From Gaiellales bacterium (lineage in GTDB: Bacteria > Actinomycetota > Thermoleophilia > Gaiellales > Gaiellaceae): a DNA stretch of 64,000 nucleotides. The notes below the pieces were generated by a model. That model ran no database searches. It saw only the letters and a program-made list of their open reading frames with translations, and was not told the DNA's origin. Made by a program: the position numbers and the translations under genes. Shown here piece after piece: positions 18,039-27,232 of this stretch. Location: NCBI GenBank assembly GCA_038213135.1, contig JBBQTQ010000001.1:2895-66894 (forward strand), written 5' to 3'. Every line of letters begins with the position of its first letter. Within the stretch, counting starts at the first letter, position 1.

Positions 18039-19244
18039 ATGCGCGCGGGCCCGGTTGCGTTAGTCGCGCTGTTTGCGGCGCTCGTCGGCGGGGGTGCCGT
18101 GCTTGGGATCGGGAAGGCGACCGGCTGGTTTCGCGGGACCACTCGCACGGTCTTCGTGACGGAGACCGCCCCCGCGACCCCGACCTCAGGGCCGGTCGTC
18201 TCGACTGTCAAGCCGCTGCTCGGGAACGGCTTCGACCCGGCGCGGATCTACGCAACCCGGTCGCCCGGCGTGGTCACGGTCTACGCGCTCTTCGACACGC
18301 CGGACGGCCGCGCAGCGCAGGGCTCGGGGTTCGTCGTCTCGCGCGGCGGACTGATCCTCACCAACGCACACGTGATCACCGACGCCGGCGAGAGCGTCGG
18401 CCCCGTTCGTGCAGCACGGCAGATCTACGTCGAGTTCGGCGACCGCGACCGGATTCCGGCGAGGATCGTCGGCTGGGATCTCTTCGACGACGTGGGCGTG
18501 CTTCGGGTCGACTCTGGCGCCCACTCGCTCGTGTCCCTGCCGCTCGGCGAGTCGAGCACGGTTCGCGTCGGCGAGCCCGTGGCTGCGATCGGGAGTCCGT
18601 TCGGGAACGAGAACTCGCTCGCGGTCGGAGTCGTCTCCGCGATCCACCGCGCGATCGGCTCGCTTACCTCGAACTACGACCTCGTCGACGCGATCCAGAT
18701 CGACGCGCCGATCAACCACGGCTCCTCGGGCGGCCCGCTCTTCGACGCGGCCGGCCGGGTGATCGGGATCAACGCCCAGATTCGCAGCGTGAGCGGGACG
18801 GCTGAGGGCGTCGGCTTCGTCGTGCCCATCGACTCCGCCCGCCGCTCGCTGAACCAGCTCGTCGCCACCGGGAGCGTGGCGTATGCCTACATCGGCGTCA
18901 CGAGCGAAGACCTGACGCCGACCCTGGCCCGGCACCTCGGCTATCCGGTCGCGCGCGGTGCGCTCGTCGACTCGGTGATCGCAGGCGGGCCGGCTGCGAA
19001 GGCGGGCCTTCGTGGCGGCGGCCGACACGTCGACTTCGATGGGCAGACGGTGCTTGTCGGCGGCGACGTGATCGTCGCTATCGGGGACTCGCCCGTGACG
19101 AGCGCCGAGGACGTCGGCCGGATCGTCGGCGGGCGGCTCAGCCCTGGGCAGAAGGTCTCCGTCGAGGTGATTCGTGCCGGGCGCCGCAGCTCGTTCGAGG
19201 TTCGCCTCGGCGTCCGGCCGCTGAGCCCGGACGGCACGCGTTAG
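18039..19244 (+). CDS. htrA: HtrA/DegP-family serine protease with PDZ domain (PepD-like)
   Basis: N-terminal TM. Catalytic contexts TNAHVI, DDVGVLRV and NHGSSGGPLF. C-terminal PDZ (GALVDSVIAGGPAAKAGLRGGG). Confidence 0.9.
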   Translation: MRAGPVALVALFAALVGGGAVLGIGKATGWFRGTTRTVFVTETAPATPTSGPVVSTVKPLLGNGFDPARIYATRSPGVVTVYALFDTPDGRAAQGSGFVVSRGGLILTNAHVITDAGESVGPVRAARQIYVEFGDRDRIPARIVGWDLFDDVGVLRVDSGAHSLVSLPLGESSTVRVGEPVAAIGSPFGNENSLAVGVVSAIHRAIGSLTSNYDLVDAIQIDAPINHGSSGGPLFDAAGRVIGINAQIRSVSGTAEGVGFVVPIDSARRSLNQLVATGSVAYAYIGVTSEDLTPTLARHLGYPVARGALVDSVIAGGPAAKAGLRGGGRHVDFDGQTVLVGGDVIVAIGDSPVTSAEDVGRIVGGRLSPGQKVSVEVIRAGRRSSFEVRLGVRPLSPDGTR

Positions 19245-19357
19245 CGGACGCCGGCGGATGGGAATACTTCCGTGTGCGGCAAGCTGTGCGCGAATTCGGT
19301 AGGAATCCTCACGTTTAGCTTCCGCTATTCGGTGAAATACCCCTTGCAGATCTGCCT

Positions 19358-19786
19358 GTGACCACTCCTGCCCACACCAACGGTTCGGCTCGGATCACGC
19401 TCACGATTCCGGCCAAGCCCGAGTACATCACGCTCGGCCGGCTCGCCCTGACGGGCCTCTCGCGCATGCGGCCGCTGTCCGACGAGACGCTCGGCGACCT
19501 CAAGCTCGCGCTGACGGAGGCGTGCACGAACGCGGTGCGCCATGCGTATCCGGAGGGTGCGGGCGTCGTCGAGATCCTGTACGAGCTGGAGGGCGACCGG
19601 CTGGCGATCGAAGTCTGCGACGGGGGCCGCGGGTTCGACTACACGGTCACGCACAACGGAGACGACGAGCTCGAGGAGGGTGGCCTCGGGATCGCGATCA
19701 TCCAGGCGCTTGCCGACGAGTTCGAGCTCGGCGAGCCTGCGAGCGGCCGCGGCTCGCGCCTGCGGTTCGTCAAGAACCTCGCGTAG
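19358..19786 (+). CDS. RsbW/SpoIIAB-like anti-sigma-factor serine kinase (HATPase_c_2)
   Basis: 142 aa. N-box LALTEACTNAVRHAY, then DGGRGFD and EGGLGIAII G-boxes. GTG start as in the track. No rsbV-like or sigma gene is adjacent. Confidence 0.75.
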   Translation: MTTPAHTNGSARITLTIPAKPEYITLGRLALTGLSRMRPLSDETLGDLKLALTEACTNAVRHAYPEGAGVVEILYELEGDRLAIEVCDGGRGFDYTVTHNGDDELEEGGLGIAIIQALADEFELGEPASGRGSRLRFVKNLA

Positions 19787-19821
19787 CGTTTCGCGAGCAC
19801 AGACCCGGTTACTGTTGTCGC

Positions 19822-21297
19822 GTGGCTGCTGAGCGTCGCCGGCTGATCGTCGTCTCGAACCGAGGCCCTGTCAGCTACGGGCGCGGAGAAAGCGGCGAGC
19901 GCGTCGTACGGCGCGGGGGCGGTGGGCTCGTCACGGCGCTTCGGCCACTCGTCTCGCACCACGACGTGACGTGGATCGCGAGCGCGATGACCGAGGAAGA
20001 CCGGGCGGTTGCGGCCGAGGCAGGGGGCGAAGCGGTCGAGGACGTCGCGCGGGACGGCTCGCCCTACCGGCTGCGGCTCGTCGCGCACGACCCTCACGCG
20101 TACGACTGGTTCTACAACGTCGTCGCCAACCCGACGCTCTGGTTCCTCCAGCACTACATGTGGGGACTCACCGACGCGCCGGACATCGACCTCGGCCTGC
20201 ACCATGCCTGGTACAGCGGCTACGTCCCGGTAAACGAGGGCTTCGCGGACGCCGTCGTCGAGGAGCTCGAGCGCGATCCGGGTGCCGCCGTCTTCTTCCA
20301 CGACTACCACCTGTATCTCGCCCCTCGCATCGTCCGCGATCGCGTCCCGGAAGCGACGCTGTCGCACTTCGTCCACGTGCCCTGGACGGAGACCGATTAC
20401 TGGTCGGTCCTGCCCGAGCACCTTCGCCGGGCAGTGCACGAAGGCGTGCTCGCGAACGACTCGGTGAGCCTCCACACCGAGCGCTGGCGAAGGAACTTCA
20501 TGCGCGCGTGTGAGGACATCGTCGGCGCAGTCGTCGACTACGGGGAGGGAGCGATCGAGCTCGAGGGGCGCAGGACGATCGTCTCCGCACACCCGATCTC
20601 CGTCGATCCGTCTGAGTTCGACGAGCTGAAGCAGAGCGAGGCGGTCCTCGCAGAGGAGGCGCAACTCGTGGCGCGTCGCCCCGAGTTTCTCGTCGTGCGC
20701 GTCGATCGCACCGATCCGTCGAAGAACTGCGTCCGAGGCTTCCGCGCGTTCGGGCTCTTTCTCGACCAGCACCCTGAGCTGCACCGCCGCGTCACGATGC
20801 TCGCGCTGCTCGATCCGTCTCGCCAGGACATCCCCGAGTACTCGGAGTACCTGGCGGCGATCCAGCGGGAGACTCGCGCGATCAACGACCGCTTCCAGCA
20901 GGACGGGTGGACGCCGATCGACCTGCGCGTCGAGGACAACTTCGCCCAGTCCGTCGCGGCGTACAAGCAGTACGACGCGCTGCTCGTCAACTCGGTCTAC
21001 GACGGGATGAACCTCGTCTCGAAGGAGGCCCCGCTCGTCAACGAGCGTGACGGCGTCCTGATCCTCTCCGAGAACACCGGTGCCCACGAGGAGCTCGGCC
21101 AGTGGGCGATCACCGTCAACCCGTTCGACGTCTACGGGCAGGCGCAGGCGATCCACGCCGCGCTGACGATGGCGGCCGGCGAGCGGGGCAGGCGGCTCGA
21201 AGCGATCCGCGCGCACGTGCGCGCGCACGACCTCGAGGAGTGGCTGACGGCGCTGCTCGCCGACCTCGACCGGCTGCGCACTCCGACGGCGACCTAA
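19822..21297 (+). CDS. otsA: alpha,alpha-trehalose-phosphate synthase (GT20)
   Basis: A GTG at 19822 gives (M)[18 protein letters not shown]. It has ...FFHDYHLYL...VDRTDPSKN...[13 protein letters not shown], the OtsA signature blocks. 491 aa. Confidence 0.9.
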   Translation: MAAERRRLIVVSNRGPVSYGRGESGERVVRRGGGGLVTALRPLVSHHDVTWIASAMTEEDRAVAAEAGGEAVEDVARDGSPYRLRLVAHDPHAYDWFYNVVANPTLWFLQHYMWGLTDAPDIDLGLHHAWYSGYVPVNEGFADAVVEELERDPGAAVFFHDYHLYLAPRIVRDRVPEATLSHFVHVPWTETDYWSVLPEHLRRAVHEGVLANDSVSLHTERWRRNFMRACEDIVGAVVDYGEGAIELEGRRTIVSAHPISVDPSEFDELKQSEAVLAEEAQLVARRPEFLVVRVDRTDPSKNCVRGFRAFGLFLDQHPELHRRVTMLALLDPSRQDIPEYSEYLAAIQRETRAINDRFQQDGWTPIDLRVEDNFAQSVAAYKQYDALLVNSVYDGMNLVSKEAPLVNERDGVLILSENTGAHEELGQWAITVNPFDVYGQAQAIHAALTMAAGERGRRLEAIRAHVRAHDLEEWLTALLADLDRLRTPTAT

Positions 21298-21308
21298 GCT
21301 GTCCGCCG

Positions 21309-21755
21309 ATGGGCGAGCTGTCACATGTGGACGACGCCGGCCGGGTGCAGATGGTGGACGTCGGCGGCAAGCCGCTCTCGCGACGACGCGCGGTGGCCCG
21401 GGCGAGCGTCCGGATGCAGCCCGAGACCGCGGCCCGGCTCCGCTCACTGCCGAAGGGAGACGCGCTCGCGACCGCGCAGCTGGCCGGGATCATGGCCGCC
21501 AAGCGCACGGCCGAGCTGATCCCGCTGTGTCATCCGCTACCGCTCTCGAGCGTCGGTGTCGAGCTCGAGGTCGGCGAGGACGCGGTGGAGATCGTCGCGA
21601 CGGCCGAGACGGTTGCACAGACAGGAGTGGAGATGGAGGCGCTCGTCGCCGCGTCGGTCGCCGCGCTGACGGTCTACGACATGGCGAAGGCGATCGACAA
21701 GGAGATGGTCGTCGCCGAGGTTCGGCTGCTGGAGAAGACGAAGGAGCCGGTGTGA
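21309..21755 (+). CDS. moaC: cyclic pyranopterin monophosphate synthase
   Basis: ATG at 21309: [21 protein letters not shown]...LIPLCHPL...[18 protein letters not shown]. 148 aa. Confidence 0.9.
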   Translation: MGELSHVDDAGRVQMVDVGGKPLSRRRAVARASVRMQPETAARLRSLPKGDALATAQLAGIMAAKRTAELIPLCHPLPLSSVGVELEVGEDAVEIVATAETVAQTGVEMEALVAASVAALTVYDMAKAIDKEMVVAEVRLLEKTKEPV

Positions 21756-22231
21756 GGGCGGCCGTGCTGACGATCTCCGACGGAGTCTCGGCGGGCGAGC
21801 GCGAGGACAAGAGTGGCGAGCTGCTCGCAGAGCTGCTGGCGGCGGAGGGCTACGAGGTCGTGCGCCGTGTCGTGCCCGACGAGCGGGAGGCGATCGGGGA
21901 GGCGATCGTCGAGCTCGCGGCGGAGACTCGGCTCGTCCTGACGACCGGCGGCACAGGTTTGGGACCGCGGGACGTGACGCCGGAGGCGACCGCGGGGGTG
22001 CTCGACCGGGTGGCTCCGGGGATCGCGGAGGCGATCCGGGCCGACTCGATCGCCAAGACGCCGCACGCGCTGCTCTCACGCGGGGCGGCGGGCGTGCTGG
22101 GGCAGACCCTGGTCGTCAACCTGCCCGGCTCGCCGGGAGGTTGCCGCGACGGGTTCGCCGTCGTGCGTCCCGCGCTCGCGCACGCGCTGGAGCTCCTCGC
22201 GGGCGAGCAGACCGCGCATCGCCAGACGTGA
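21752..22231 (+). CDS. mog: MogA/MoaB-family molybdenum cofactor biosynthesis protein
   Basis: GTGA overlap with moaC. (M)[10 protein letters not shown]...[19 protein letters not shown]...NLPGSP. 159 aa. Confidence 0.85.
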   Translation: MRAAVLTISDGVSAGEREDKSGELLAELLAAEGYEVVRRVVPDEREAIGEAIVELAAETRLVLTTGGTGLGPRDVTPEATAGVLDRVAPGIAEAIRADSIAKTPHALLSRGAAGVLGQTLVVNLPGSPGGCRDGFAVVRPALAHALELLAGEQTAHRQT

Positions 22232-23088
22232 TCGGCGCGGTCGAGTACCCGCGTCGCTTCGCGTCGCTCGTGAAGATCGAGCACACGCTCTTCGCGCTGC
22301 CGTTCGCGTACGTCGGGGCGTTCCTCGCCGTCGGCGGTGCGCCGAGCGCGCACGATCTCGTCTGGATCACGGTCGCGATGGTGGGCGCACGGTCGCTGGC
22401 GATGGGGCTCAACCGGCTGATCGACGCCGGGATCGACGCCCGGAATCCGCGGACCGCCGGGCGGGAGCTGCCGCGCGGGTTGCTGCGGCCGTGGCAGGTC
22501 GCCGTGTTCTGCGCAGGCTCGCTCGCGGTCTTTCTCGTCGCGGTCTACCAGCTCCATCCGCTCGTGCGCTGGCTCTGGCCGATCCCGGTGGTCGGCTTTG
22601 TCGTCTACCCGTACTTGAAGCGGTACACGTGGCTGTGTCACCTGTGGCTCGGCGCCGTCGATGGGCTAGCGCCGGTGGGAGCGTGGGTGGCGATCCGGGG
22701 CGACCTGCCCTGGCAGGCGTGGCTGCTCGGCGGTGCCGTCGCGACGTGGGTTGCGGGGTTCGACTTCTACTACGCGCTGTTCGACGCCGACGTCGACCGC
22801 GAGCAGGGGTTGCATTCGGTGGCGACGCGGTTTGGTACACGCGGGGCTTTCCGCGGCGCGCGGCTGCTGCACGTGGCCACGGTCGGCTTCCTCGTCGGGG
22901 CTGGTCTCGGTCTCGCAGTCGGCCCGCTCTACTGGATCGGGGTGGCGATCGCGGCGGTGCTGCTCGGGTACGAGCACGCCCTCGTCCGGCCCGGTGACCG
23001 GCGGCGGCTGAACGCCGCGTTCTTCACGATGAACGGGGCGATCAGCGTTCTGTTCTTCGCCTTCGTGCTTTCGGACGCGCTTTCGTGA
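22228..23088 (+). CDS. UbiA-family aromatic polyprenyltransferase (MqnP / 4-hydroxybenzoate polyprenyltransferase-like)
   Basis: GTGA overlap with mog. First Asp-rich motif NRLIDAGIDARNPRTAGRELPRG, second YALFDADVDREQG. About 8 TM helices, 286 aa. Confidence 0.8.
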   Translation: MIGAVEYPRRFASLVKIEHTLFALPFAYVGAFLAVGGAPSAHDLVWITVAMVGARSLAMGLNRLIDAGIDARNPRTAGRELPRGLLRPWQVAVFCAGSLAVFLVAVYQLHPLVRWLWPIPVVGFVVYPYLKRYTWLCHLWLGAVDGLAPVGAWVAIRGDLPWQAWLLGGAVATWVAGFDFYYALFDADVDREQGLHSVATRFGTRGAFRGARLLHVATVGFLVGAGLGLAVGPLYWIGVAIAAVLLGYEHALVRPGDRRRLNAAFFTMNGAISVLFFAFVLSDALS

Positions 23089-23203
23089 CGGATCTGGCTC
23101 GCTTCGGTCACACATCCGCGCGTTTTTGCCGGTTACGCTCGCAGCGGGGAGGAGGCCGGGCACACCGAAGCGAGGACAAGGCCGGAAGGGACAGGTCCCG
23201 GCG

Positions 23204-23788
23204 ATGATCCGGGCGCGGGGGCTTTCGAAGCGCTACGGCGCGAAGCGCGTCCTCGAGCGGGTCGACTTCGACTTGCGCGACGGGGGCTTCCTCCTGGTGA
23301 CCGGCCCGAACGGCTCGGGGAAGACGACTCTGCTGCGTCTCTGCGCGGGCCTCGCCACCCCCACCACCGGTGAGCTCGCCGTGGACGCGGAGCGCCGCGC
23401 CGTCGGGTTCCTCGGCCACGAGCCGCTCGTCTACCGCGAGCTGACGGCGCTCGAGAACCTGGACCTTTACGGACGGCTCTACCGAATCCCGGAGCGCCGC
23501 GAGCGGATCGGGATGCTGCTCGAGCGCTTCGGCCTCTGGGACGCGCGGGCCGACCGCGCCGGCTCCTTCTCGCGCGGCATGCTCCAGCGGCTCGCCCTTT
23601 GCCGGGCGCTCCTGCACGAGCCCGACCTGCTCCTCCTCGACGAGCCGTACAACGCACTCGACGAACAGGGAGCCGAGCTGCTCGACCGCGAGCTCGCCGA
23701 GCTTCGGCCGCAGGCGACCTTCCTCGTCGCCACTCACGATCCGGGTCGGCTTGAGCACCTTGCCAGCGGCCGCCTCGCGTTCGCATGA
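23204..23788 (+). CDS. ccmA: heme-exporter ABC ATP-binding protein CcmA
   Basis: ATG at 23204. Walker A GPNGSGKTT, signature FSRGMLQRL, Walker B LLLLDEP. It is short (194 aa), as CcmA is, and lies directly upstream of ccmB/ccmC. Confidence 0.8.
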   Translation: MIRARGLSKRYGAKRVLERVDFDLRDGGFLLVTGPNGSGKTTLLRLCAGLATPTTGELAVDAERRAVGFLGHEPLVYRELTALENLDLYGRLYRIPERRERIGMLLERFGLWDARADRAGSFSRGMLQRLALCRALLHEPDLLLLDEPYNALDEQGAELLDRELAELRPQATFLVATHDPGRLEHLASGRLAFA

Positions 23789-24426
23789 GCCGTTACCTCC
23801 GCGACGTCGCCACGCTCGCCCGCAAGGACGTCCTTCTCGAGCTGCGAGCCCGCGACACGCTCCCCGCGATGCTGCTCTTCGTCCTCTCCGCACTGGTCAC
23901 CTTCCACTTCGTGCTGCCGGCGCACAGCTCGCAGCTCGCCGCGAAGGGGCTGCTCTGGGTCGCGATCGTGTTCACCGCACTGCTCGGCCTCTCGCGCGCG
24001 TTCGTCGCGGAGCGCGAACAGCGGCTGATGGACGGGCTGCTGCTCTCGCCCGTCGACCGCAGCGCCATCTGGGCTGCGAAAGGCGTCGCAACCCTCGTCT
24101 TCCTCGCGCTCGCCGAGGTCGTCGCGCTCCCCGCGTACGCGATCTTCTTCTCCGGGATCGACGGCGCGACGATCGCGGGTGTCGTCCTCGCCGATGTCGG
24201 TATCTGCGCAGTCGGGATCTTGCTCGCCGCGATGGCCTCCGTCAGTCGCGCGCGCGAGCTGCTCCTCCCTCTGCTCTTCCTGCCGCTCGCGATCCCGATC
24301 GTCGTCGGCGGGGTCGGCGCGAGCATCGCGGGCGGTCCTGGCCGGTACCTGGGCTTCCTTGGGCTCTACGACGCCCTTTTTGCGATCCTTAGCTGGGCTT
24401 CCTTTGAATACGTGGTTGCGGAATAA
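23785..24426 (+). CDS. ccmB: heme exporter protein B
   Basis: ATGA overlap with ccmA. 213 aa with six TM helices and a CcmB-like N-terminus (RKDVLLELRARDTL). Confidence 0.8.
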   Translation: MSRYLRDVATLARKDVLLELRARDTLPAMLLFVLSALVTFHFVLPAHSSQLAAKGLLWVAIVFTALLGLSRAFVAEREQRLMDGLLLSPVDRSAIWAAKGVATLVFLALAEVVALPAYAIFFSGIDGATIAGVVLADVGICAVGILLAAMASVSRARELLLPLLFLPLAIPIVVGGVGASIAGGPGRYLGFLGLYDALFAILSWASFEYVVAE

Positions 24427-25093
24427 CACTGTCGTCGCGTTCGCGGCGTTGACGTTCGCCCTGATGACGGCGGCGATCTCGTTGATCTTCTTCTACGTCC
24501 CGACGGATGCCGACCAGGGCTTCTCGCAGAAGATCTTCTACTTCCACGTGCCGATCGCGCTCACTGCGTACGCATGCTTCGGCTACGGCGCGTTGAAGGC
24601 CCTGCTCCATCTCTGGCGGCGCTCGCCCGGGGCGGACCTCGAGAGCTACGTCGCCATCCACCAGGGCGTCATCTTCGGAGCGCTCACGCTGATCACCGGC
24701 TCGATCTGGGCCAAGATCTCCTGGGGAGTCTGGTGGGCCTGGAGCTCGAACCAGCTCGTGCTCTTCCTCGTGCTCTTCCTCTTCTACTCGGCCTACTTCA
24801 TGCTCCGCTTCTCGGTCGAGCCGGGTCCGGGTCGCGCGAACATGTCGGCGGTGTACGCGCTCTTCGGGGTCGTTCTGATCCCCGTCAGCTTCTTCGCGAT
24901 CCGCCTCGCCAACGACTTCATCCACCCGACCGTCTTCACGTCGCGGGGGCCGCAGATGGCCGGCTCGATGTTCCTCACGTTCTGCGTCTCGTGCGCGGCG
25001 ATGCTCTCGCTCGCCTACACGCTGTACCGGGTCGAGCTGCTCGGCAAGCGGCTGGACGCAGACCTCAAGGACCTGAAGGAGCTGCTGACATGA
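24416..25093 (+). CDS. ccmC: heme exporter protein C (CcmC-like, atypical Trp-rich motif)
   Basis: Has the candidate heme-ligand His contexts FYFHVPIAL and NDFIHP, and the Trp-rich loop WAKISWGVWWAWSS. TTG at 24416 was chosen; TTG at 24404 is an in-frame alternative. The upstream part of track ORF 24179.. overlaps ccmB and was discarded. Confidence 0.78.
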   Translation: MRNNTVVAFAALTFALMTAAISLIFFYVPTDADQGFSQKIFYFHVPIALTAYACFGYGALKALLHLWRRSPGADLESYVAIHQGVIFGALTLITGSIWAKISWGVWWAWSSNQLVLFLVLFLFYSAYFMLRFSVEPGPGRANMSAVYALFGVVLIPVSFFAIRLANDFIHPTVFTSRGPQMAGSMFLTFCVSCAAMLSLAYTLYRVELLGKRLDADLKDLKELLT

Positions 25094-25269
25094 CGAACGG
25101 CGAGAAGTACGTCGCCGCGGCGTACCTCGTTGTCTTCCTCTTCGTGCTCGCCTACGTGCTGATCATGGCGACCAAGCTGACGCGCCTGCGGCGCGATGTC
25201 AGCGAGCTCGTCGAGCTGGCGCGACAGCGCGAGGAGAAGGTCGAGCCGAAGCAGGTCGTCGTTGGCTGA
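25090..25269 (+). CDS. ccmD: CcmD-like small membrane protein
   Basis: ATGA overlap with ccmC. 59 aa: MTNGEKYVAAAYLVVFLFVLAYVLIMATKLTRLRRDV. It has one TM with the Y..AAY start, and its position matches CcmD. Confidence 0.55.
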   Translation: MTNGEKYVAAAYLVVFLFVLAYVLIMATKLTRLRRDVSELVELARQREEKVEPKQVVVG

Positions 25270-25270
25270 G

Positions 25271-26050
25271 GTGCTCGTCTGGCCGGCCCTCTTCGCCTAC
25301 GGCGAGGCGGCTCTCGCCTACGCGGGAAACGCGGCGCGGCCAGGAGTGGCGGGGCGGCTCGCGACCTGGGGAGTCCGGCTCGGTTGGCTCGTGCAGACCG
25401 CGCTGCTCGTCGCGCAGGCTGCGCGCGCCGACGGGTTCCCCTGGGACGCCTGGGCCGGCTCGCTGAACCTCTTCGTCTGGCTCGTCGTCGCCGTGTACCT
25501 GATCTGGGGCTGCCGGACGCGCTTCCGGTTGCTCGGATTGGCCGTCATGCCGCTCGCCGCCATCCTGCTCTTCACGGCCTGGGCGGGAGGCGGAACCGGG
25601 GTGGGCACGCGTAGCCATTACTCCAACGTGTTCCTCATACTCCACGTCGGCTTCGTGCTCGCGGCCTTCGCCGGGTTCACGCTCGCCGCCGGTCTGGCGG
25701 GGCTGTACCTCTGGCAGGAGCGGCGGCTCAAGCGGCGCCAGGCCGGGGGCCTACTCGGACGAGCGCCCTCGCTCGCGAGCCTCGAGAGCCTCGCGGGTCG
25801 CACGGTCGCCTTCGCGCTGCCGGCCCTGACGGCCGGCATCGTCGCCGGCTTCGTCCGCCTCGGCAGCCACGGCGGCGGGGTCGACGCGCTGATGGCCGTA
25901 ACCCTGCTGACCTGGGTGGTCTACGGCGCGTTCCTCGTGCTGCGCTACGAGTTGGGCTGGCGCGGCCGCCGCGCGGCCTGGTTGCTCGTGGCCGGGTTCG
26001 CGCTCGTGATCGTCGCTCGGCTCGGTCTCCCGCTCACCCATTTCGCATGA
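25271..26050 (+). CDS. cytochrome c assembly family membrane protein (CcsA/HemX-like)
   Basis: The GTG at 25271 lies 1 nt after the ccmD stop. 259 aa with about 8 TM helices. The GLYLWQERRLKRR loop is typical of HemX-type proteins. ATGA overlap with hemA. Confidence 0.75.
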   Translation: MLVWPALFAYGEAALAYAGNAARPGVAGRLATWGVRLGWLVQTALLVAQAARADGFPWDAWAGSLNLFVWLVVAVYLIWGCRTRFRLLGLAVMPLAAILLFTAWAGGGTGVGTRSHYSNVFLILHVGFVLAAFAGFTLAAGLAGLYLWQERRLKRRQAGGLLGRAPSLASLESLAGRTVAFALPALTAGIVAGFVRLGSHGGGVDALMAVTLLTWVVYGAFLVLRYELGWRGRRAAWLLVAGFALVIVARLGLPLTHFA

Positions 26051-27231
26051 CGCTTTCGCTCGTCGGCATCTCGCACCACGTCGCACCCGTCGAGCTGCGG
26101 GAGCGTGTCGCGCTCGACGTTTCCGCCTCGGGTGCGCTGGCGCAAAAGCTCGCAGGTGAGGGCGAGGCGGTCTGCCTCTCGACCTGCAACCGGACCGAGA
26201 TCTATCTCGCGGGAGCCGACGAGAGCCTGGCCGTCGAGGCACTCGGCGAGATCGCCGGCGAGGAGCTCGGCAGCGTCCTCTACCGCCTCAGCGACGAGGC
26301 GGCCGCCCTCCACCTCTTCCGGGTCGCCGCCGGTCTCGACTCGATGGTTCCGGGCGAAGGCGAGATCCTTGGTCAGGTGAGGGCGGCCTACGAGGCCGGG
26401 TCGCCGGGGCAGGTGCTGGACAGACTCTTCCGGCAGGCGCTCCACTCGGGGCGCAAGGTCCGCAACGAGACCGCGATCGGCGAGAGCCCGGCCTCGGTCT
26501 CGTCCGCCGCGGCTGCGCTTGCCGAGCAGGTCTTCGGCGACCTCACGGGTCGCCGCGTGCTCGTTCTGGGCGGGGGCAAGATCGGAACGTTGTCGGCGCG
26601 CAGCCTCACTTCCCGGGGGGCGGTGGTCGAGACGATCGAGAGCCGGACCGTGCCCGCCGAGCGTGTCCGCGCCGAGCTCGCAGACGCGGACGTCGTTGTC
26701 TCCTCGACGAGCACAGCGGGCTTCGTGCTCCGCAAGGCAGATGTGGAGCAGGCGCTCATCGGCCGGCGAGGGCGGCCGCTGTTCCTGATCGACATCGCCG
26801 TCCCGCGCGACCTCGATCCCGCAATCCACGAGCTGGACGGCTGCTACCTCTACGACATCGACGATCTCGAGGCGATCGTTGCGGAGACCCTGGCCGGTCG
26901 GAGGCGCGAGGCCACCCGGGCGGAGGCGATCGTGGCGGAGGAGGCCGACCGCTTCCACTCCTGGCACGCGTCGCTCGACGTCGTCCCGGCGATCGCGTCC
27001 TTACGCGCCCGCGCGGAGGCGATTCGTGCGAGCGAGCTGGAGCGGGTGCGCGGACGGCTCGGTGGGCTCTCGGAGAACGACCGCCGCACGGTCGAGTCGA
27101 TCACGGCTCAGATCGTGAACAAGCTCCTCCACCTGCCGACGGTTCGGATGAAGGAGGCGGCGGCCGGGGCGGACGGTGCGGTCTACGCCGACGCGGTGCG
27201 CCATCTCTTCGGCCTCGAGGACGAGCGCTGA
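26047..27231 (+). CDS. hemA: glutamyl-tRNA reductase
   Basis: MTLSLVGISHHVAPVELRE...STCNRTEIY...GEGEILGQV...VLGGGKIG. Full length, 394 aa. Confidence 0.92.
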   Translation: MTLSLVGISHHVAPVELRERVALDVSASGALAQKLAGEGEAVCLSTCNRTEIYLAGADESLAVEALGEIAGEELGSVLYRLSDEAAALHLFRVAAGLDSMVPGEGEILGQVRAAYEAGSPGQVLDRLFRQALHSGRKVRNETAIGESPASVSSAAAALAEQVFGDLTGRRVLVLGGGKIGTLSARSLTSRGAVVETIESRTVPAERVRAELADADVVVSSTSTAGFVLRKADVEQALIGRRGRPLFLIDIAVPRDLDPAIHELDGCYLYDIDDLEAIVAETLAGRRREATRAEAIVAEEADRFHSWHASLDVVPAIASLRARAEAIRASELERVRGRLGGLSENDRRTVESITAQIVNKLLHLPTVRMKEAAAGADGAVYADAVRHLFGLEDER

Positions 27232-27232
27232 A

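Noticed and set aside
19313-19339. A SigB/SigF-type promoter candidate, GTTTAG-N13-GGTGAAAT, upstream of the RsbW-like gene.
   Set aside because: The -10 part matches GGGTAT poorly and no genome-specific motif model is available. It is too weak to list as a feature and is mentioned only within the finding.
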